A stretch of 63,872 nt of DNA, the filler included, from Reclinomonas americana ATCC 50394 (Eukaryota): assembly GCA_048213135.1 (NCBI GenBank). It is 10 parts of 6 records of this genome, joined end to end, with 100 filler letters (N's around TTAATTAATTAA, not from the genome) between each part and the next. Parts side by side here need not be neighbours in the genome. Positions count along the whole stretch, not along the records: positions 57,352 to 60,675 come from PS015313.1; positions 60,776 to 62,733 come from PS015313.1; positions 62,834 to 63,872 come from PS015342.1; 7 more parts are not named here. The stretch is one strand, 5' to 3'. Under the pieces are notes generated by a model. The model searched no databases. It was given only the letters and a program-made list of their open reading frames with translations, and was not told the DNA's origin. Positions 59,483 to 63,872 of the stretch are shown here, in pieces; within the stretch, counting starts at the first letter, position 1, and each line of letters begins with the position of its first letter. The position numbers and the translations under genes were made by a program.

Positions 59483-59873
59483 NNNNNNNNNNNNNNNNNN
59501 NNNNNNNNNNNNNNNNNNNNNNNNNNNNNNNNNNNNNNNNNNNNNNNNNNNNNNNNNNNNNNNNNNNNNNNNNNNNNNNNNNNNNNNNNNNNNNNNNNNN
59601 NNNNNNNNNNNNNNNNNNNNNNNNNNNNNNNNNNNNNNNNNNNNNNNNNNNNNNNNNNNNNNNNNNNNNNNNNNNNNNNNNNNNNNNNNNNNNNNNNNNN
59701 NNNNNNNNNNNNNNNNNNNNNNNNNNNNNNNNNNNNNNNNNNNNNNNNNNNNNNNNNNNNNNNNNNNNNNNNNNNNNNNNNNNNNNNNNNNNNNNNNNNN
59801 NNNNNNNNNNNNNNNNNNNNNNNNNNNNNNNNNNNNNNNNNNNNNNNNNNNNNNNNNNNNNNNNNNNNNNNNN

Positions 59874-60674
59874 AAGAATGACACACCTTGACAGCCTCGA
59901 CTTGCGCTTGCAGCACATACAGCGATGGCTCTGCACACTGCAGCACGGACAGCAGAGTGCGAATGCCATTGTGTTGACGGAATGCGGAGAAGACTGTGCG
60001 ATCCATGTCCTGCATGCCAAACAAACAACAAAGGGTGTCATTGATGAAAACTGGCAAGGCAAAGGGAGACTTGCAGCGCACCGTCAGTCGACGCTTGTAC
60101 GACGGCGCAGCTGGGGCCGGATACACAGGCGACGAGTCAGCGGAGAGCGCGGCACGAGACGATGCGGCGGCAGTGGTCGGCGCCTCTTGGACCTACAAAA
60201 CAAGTCGTCACAGCCTCGAACGAGAAACATGATGGACAAAAGAAAAAGGCGCGTTACCAGTTGGGATCCAGGAGGTGCTATCAAAAATGTGAGCGCGACC
60301 AATGCTGCATGCAGCAACTCGTCGCCATTCTCGATCTCCGTCACACCCTCGGCATTGATGCAGCTGAGCACGAATTCCAGACCTGGGGAGGGGAACCAAC
60401 AGAACAAATGAGAAGCACAGAAAGAAGGAAAATACGGAATAGGGCCGGGGTGTACCAGTCTGGCCACTGTCCAACGTGGTCATGGTCATCACTTCGCGGA
60501 AGCGTGCTGAGAACAACAGGAGAGCCATAATGCGGAGAGCGACCACGAGGCGCGCATCAGTGCCGATTCTGTTCAACGAGTGAGCCACTGTCAGCACAAG
60601 CGTCAGGTTGCCGCGCGCGTCCAGGGATGAGACCAGATTCCAGTGTCGCAGAGTGGCAAGCACCGCTGGACCCA
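59874..60674 (-). CDS. DCAF1: DCAF1 middle region (part 2) on an apparently inverted contig
   Basis: ALRIMALLLFSARFR...GLEFVLSCI...DELLHAALVALTFLIAPP...VFSAFRQHNGIRTLLSVL corresponds to the DCAF1 'NNGIKVLLSLL' segment just before the LisH motif. Confidence 0.68.
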
Positions 60675-60719
60675 ANNNNNNNNNNNNNNNNNNNNNNNNN
60701 NNNNNNNNNNNNNNNNNNN

Positions 60720-60731
60720 TTAATTAATTAA
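60720..60731. other. Artificial contig spacer (inside DCAF1)
   Basis: N44-TTAATTAATTAA-N44. Confidence 0.97.
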
Positions 60732-60775
60732 NNNNNNNNNNNNNNNNNNNNNNNNNNNNNNNNNNNNNNNNNNNN

Positions 60776-62733
60776 CTTCTCCGACGCAGAGTTGCTTGAG
60801 GTCATTCGCGACCACCTGCGACAACGCGGTCTCGTGCACACCGCAGAGGCGTTGCAGCAGGAAGCGGTTGGTTGCTGTGTCGCATCCACTGTCGTCATGA
60901 CGCTGACTGACAATGTCGTCTCGTGCACGCAGAGATTACCTCGCTCCGCTGGCATGTTGACGGCGTCGCAGGAACCGCTGCCGTCACCTCTCGGCACGCC
61001 GTCCACGCCTCGCACACCCGGCACTCGATTCGGTACTGGAGCGCTCGGTTCCTTTGCCTCACCAAGTGTCCTGCCGCTGGCCTCCCCGGCTCCCATGTCT
61101 GCCACGGCCGCTGCTGGTGCCGCGGCACCTCCCTCTGCACCTCGACTGGCTGTGCGCTGGAAAGACCGTGCGCCGCTCGCAGCTGCCGGCGGAACCCCTC
61201 GTTCATCCCTTACACCGCTGCCATTGAGTGCCACGAAACACTCCACACCAGGCCACGGCGGTGTCATGAGTGGTGGCGATGCGGACCGCATGGGTTGGCC
61301 ATCCAGCGGTCCCACTCTCCTCGAGCAGATTGCCACGCAATACCTGCGGTGAGATTCATGTTGTCCACGGAAGCCAAGGATTACGGTCTCATCTCTCCTA
61401 TTGTTCTGTGTATGTATGTGCGCCTGCAGACAGCAGCATCGGAACTGCGCCAATCCAGTCAGCGTTCTTCCACCTCTCTCGTTCTTCCGCCCGCACGTGT
61501 GCCCAAAGCCACGAGAACGCACCGAGTTTGGCAATTTGGCCTACCGACTGCACCATCGCGAAGCGACGGGTCGATGGGGCCCGTTGGGAACGGCAGCACG
61601 ACAGCGTTCGTTTATCCACGGCCGCTTCCGCCACAAGCTGACAGTGTACGAGCCGGGCGAGTATCAGGGATACCTGGGGTTCACAACTGTGTGCTTCTTG
61701 CCGAACGGTGCGAATCGATCGTGGAGGATGATGTTTATCTTCTACCACGTCTCACCATGTTCACAGACCACGTTCTCATGGGATGCGACGATGGTTCGCT
61801 GTATGTGTACGAGGGTGACCGAGACGAGTTGGTGAGCACGTATTGTGTGCGAGTGATATTTACGCGCTTCTTGGGTGACTTGCTCGTCTTGGACACAGCG
61901 ACAATGTGACCCGTGGCCCGAAGCCGGCGACAAATCGCTCGATCACATGTCGTCCAGCTGGCCACGCTTCGACAAACGCGCACTGGTCAGTCTTGGCTGC
62001 TACGATCAAGTTGGTCTCGTGTCGAACGCGGATCTGGGCAAAATGTTATACTCGTTCGATGGCTACTATGTTGGTGAGTGGTGTGTGTGTGTGTGCGTCG
62101 TGGCAGCATGTTTGGTCTCATTTGTTGGTCTTGCAGGCGAGTTCAGCAGAGCCGGAGATATGCTGGTGACTACGAGCGAGAAAAACGTAGCAGTGCACTG
62201 CGTGGAGACGGGTGTGAAACTGCTGGTGTGTCTCGCTCCATGTGCAATCGGCATATACTCTCTGTGTTGTGGTTCTCTTTCCTTTTCTGACGTGTGCCTG
62301 CTGATGTAGGAATTGGACGAACCGAGCTTCTCCCACGATAGGGTGTCCTACTTTCATCCGCGCGACGATCTCATTCTCTCCGACACATCGATCTGGGATC
62401 CGCGGTCGCCGCCGAAACGCTTGCACAAGGCATGTCACGATTCTGTTGCGCTTCCATGTACACGGTCGTGTTCCGTTCGACTCACTCGGCATTCCCTTCA
62501 TGCACAGTTTGACAAACTGACGCAGTACGGCACTGGTGTGTTCTCGCCGACCGGTCTGGAGGTTATCATCAACAGCGCGGTGTGGGACTTGCGAACGTTC
62601 AAATTGCTGCGTACCGTACCCGCTCTCGACGCCACCATTCCGCTCTTTACGGCCTCGGGTGACGTGATTTACGCAAGTTGCGACTCGTACTTGGGCGAAG
62701 GGAGTCATCCTTCCTCCACTTGCACTCACTATC
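60776..62733 (+). CDS. DCAF1: DCAF1 LisH + WD40 region (part 3)
   Basis: ELLEVIRDHLRQRGLVHTAEALQQEA (LisH); TQYLR|QQHRNCANPVSVLPPLSFFRPHVCP; FHPRDDLILSD..IWDPR..RLHK|FDKL...GVFSPTGLEVIINSAVWDLRTFKLLRTVPALD. Confidence 0.92.
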
Positions 62734-62777
62734 NNNNNNNNNNNNNNNNNNNNNNNNNNNNNNNNNNNNNNNNNNNN

Positions 62778-62789
62778 TTAATTAATTAA
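62778..62789. other. Artificial contig spacer
   Basis: N44-TTAATTAATTAA-N44. Confidence 0.97.
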
Positions 62790-62833
62790 NNNNNNNNNNN
62801 NNNNNNNNNNNNNNNNNNNNNNNNNNNNNNNNN

Positions 62834-63482
62834 AGGAGGAGGAGGAGAGGGGGGGTGGAGGAGGAGTGGGGGAGAGAGAGAGAACAGCGCACCGCATCCG
62901 TAAAGAACACATCGCCATCATCCAACTGCACAATCGACCACGGAGCGCGGAACTGCGCCTCCGACGACACTCCATCCTCGCTGCCCTTGTCACCAGTGCT
63001 GCTACCGGCAAACGTACACACATAGCCGCGCCCAACATCCACAAACGACGTCGCCGATTCGTCAACAGTCAAGCTCGTGGAAGACGACAGCAGCAAGCAC
63101 AGTGGATACTGTTGCCAGCGAACAGTCAACACACAACACTCACTCACTCACTCATTTCCCTTGATCCCCCCGCAACTGTTCCCGGCGACACTGTCGCCAA
63201 ATCAAACTCCACGCGCACCACTGCATCAGTCTGCGACACACGCGAGACACGCGTGGCCTGCGCAACCACTCTTCCCGCCCACGTGGCACACCCTCCCAGT
63301 CGCACCGACTGCACCGCAGCGACCAGCACCGTCGCATCTTGCACACTCGCGTCGGAGAGCGACAAGGCCACTCGCTGTGAGTTGCGCGTGTATAGCGCGA
63401 GAGGAGAGGCGCGGTGGATTGACAGTGACTCAGTGGTGGCCACAAGCACAAGAAGAAGCAGCAGCGCACATGCTGCGCGCAT
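62834..63482 (-). CDS. Secreted/surface NHL-repeat protein, 5' part
   Basis: Signal peptide MRAACALLLLLVLVATTES; VCTFAGSSTGDKGSEDGVSSEAQFRAPWSIVQLDDGDVFFTD is an NHL-type blade. Confidence 0.68.
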
Positions 63483-63535
63483 CCCTGCTCACTGGACAAC
63501 AAATTTTCACTGTTAACACACTTAACACACACACA

Positions 63536-63872
63536 ATGAACGATCTCTTCTTGTGCGCTGCTGTGCGATCACTGCCTTACATCGTCTGTGCTGCTGCCAT
63601 CACGCCTGATGGTGAGCATCTCGTGTCGGGCTGCGTTGATAACAGTGTGCGCGTGTGTGCACTGGTGAGTGGTGCGCAAGTGCAGCGACTGCAGGGGCAT
63701 TTTCAGTCAGTGTGCGCTGTCGCGGTGACTGCGGATGGGCAGCATGTGGTGAGCGGAGGCGAGGACTTGACTGTGCGAGTGTGGTCACTGGCGAGTGGTG
63801 AAGAGGTGCGACGATTGCACGGGCACACGGGGTGGGTGTGGTCGGTGGCTGTCACTGCGGATGCGCAGTGCG
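63536..63872 (+). CDS. WD40-repeat protein, 5' part (runs off window)
   Basis: AITPDGEHLVSGCVDNSVRV...LQGHFQSVCAVAVTADGQHVVSGGEDLTVRVWSLASGEEVRRLHGHTGWVWSVAVTADA. Confidence 0.88.
   Translation, partial: MNDLFLCAAVRSLPYIVCAAAITPDGEHLVSGCVDNSVRVCALVSGAQVQRLQGHFQSVCAVAVTADGQHVVSGGEDLTVRVWSLASGEEVRRLHGHTGWVWSVAVTADAQC

Overview
Draft-assembly DNA from an intron-rich, GC-rich, microsatellite-laden eukaryote, probably a flagellated protist (it has NME7 and a dynein light intermediate chain; I cannot name the taxon). Nine artificial 100-bp spacers (44 N + TTAATTAATTAA + 44 N) and many N gaps split it. All gene models were spliced by eye and assigned from remembered family motifs, not from database searches. 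Recognisable genes: cytoplasmic dynein-1 light intermediate chain, an MBOAT acyltransferase, transketolase, a protein kinase 5' end, an SRPBCC protein, WW and MyTH4-RhoGAP pieces (ARHGAP39-like), SMC1, MRNIP, an EcKL/APH-type kinase, a decayed CACTA/EnSpm-like transposase, a CaaX-ending TPR protein, two paralogous acidic/basic block proteins (one with a signal peptide), NME7, a syntaxin-7-like fragment, DCAF1, and NHL and WD40 proteins. The main finding is a duplicated multi-exon gene that splices in frame from a divergent Hsp70 into a Rab-like small GTPase. Copy B ends in a CXC prenylation motif, giving an Hsp70-Rab chimera that I do not recognise as a described family. Other notable points: very frequent shifted-register GTTGCG 5' splice sites, GC-AG introns, microexons, ATG-only first exons, extremely short divergent intergenic regions, and at least one demonstrably inverted contig.
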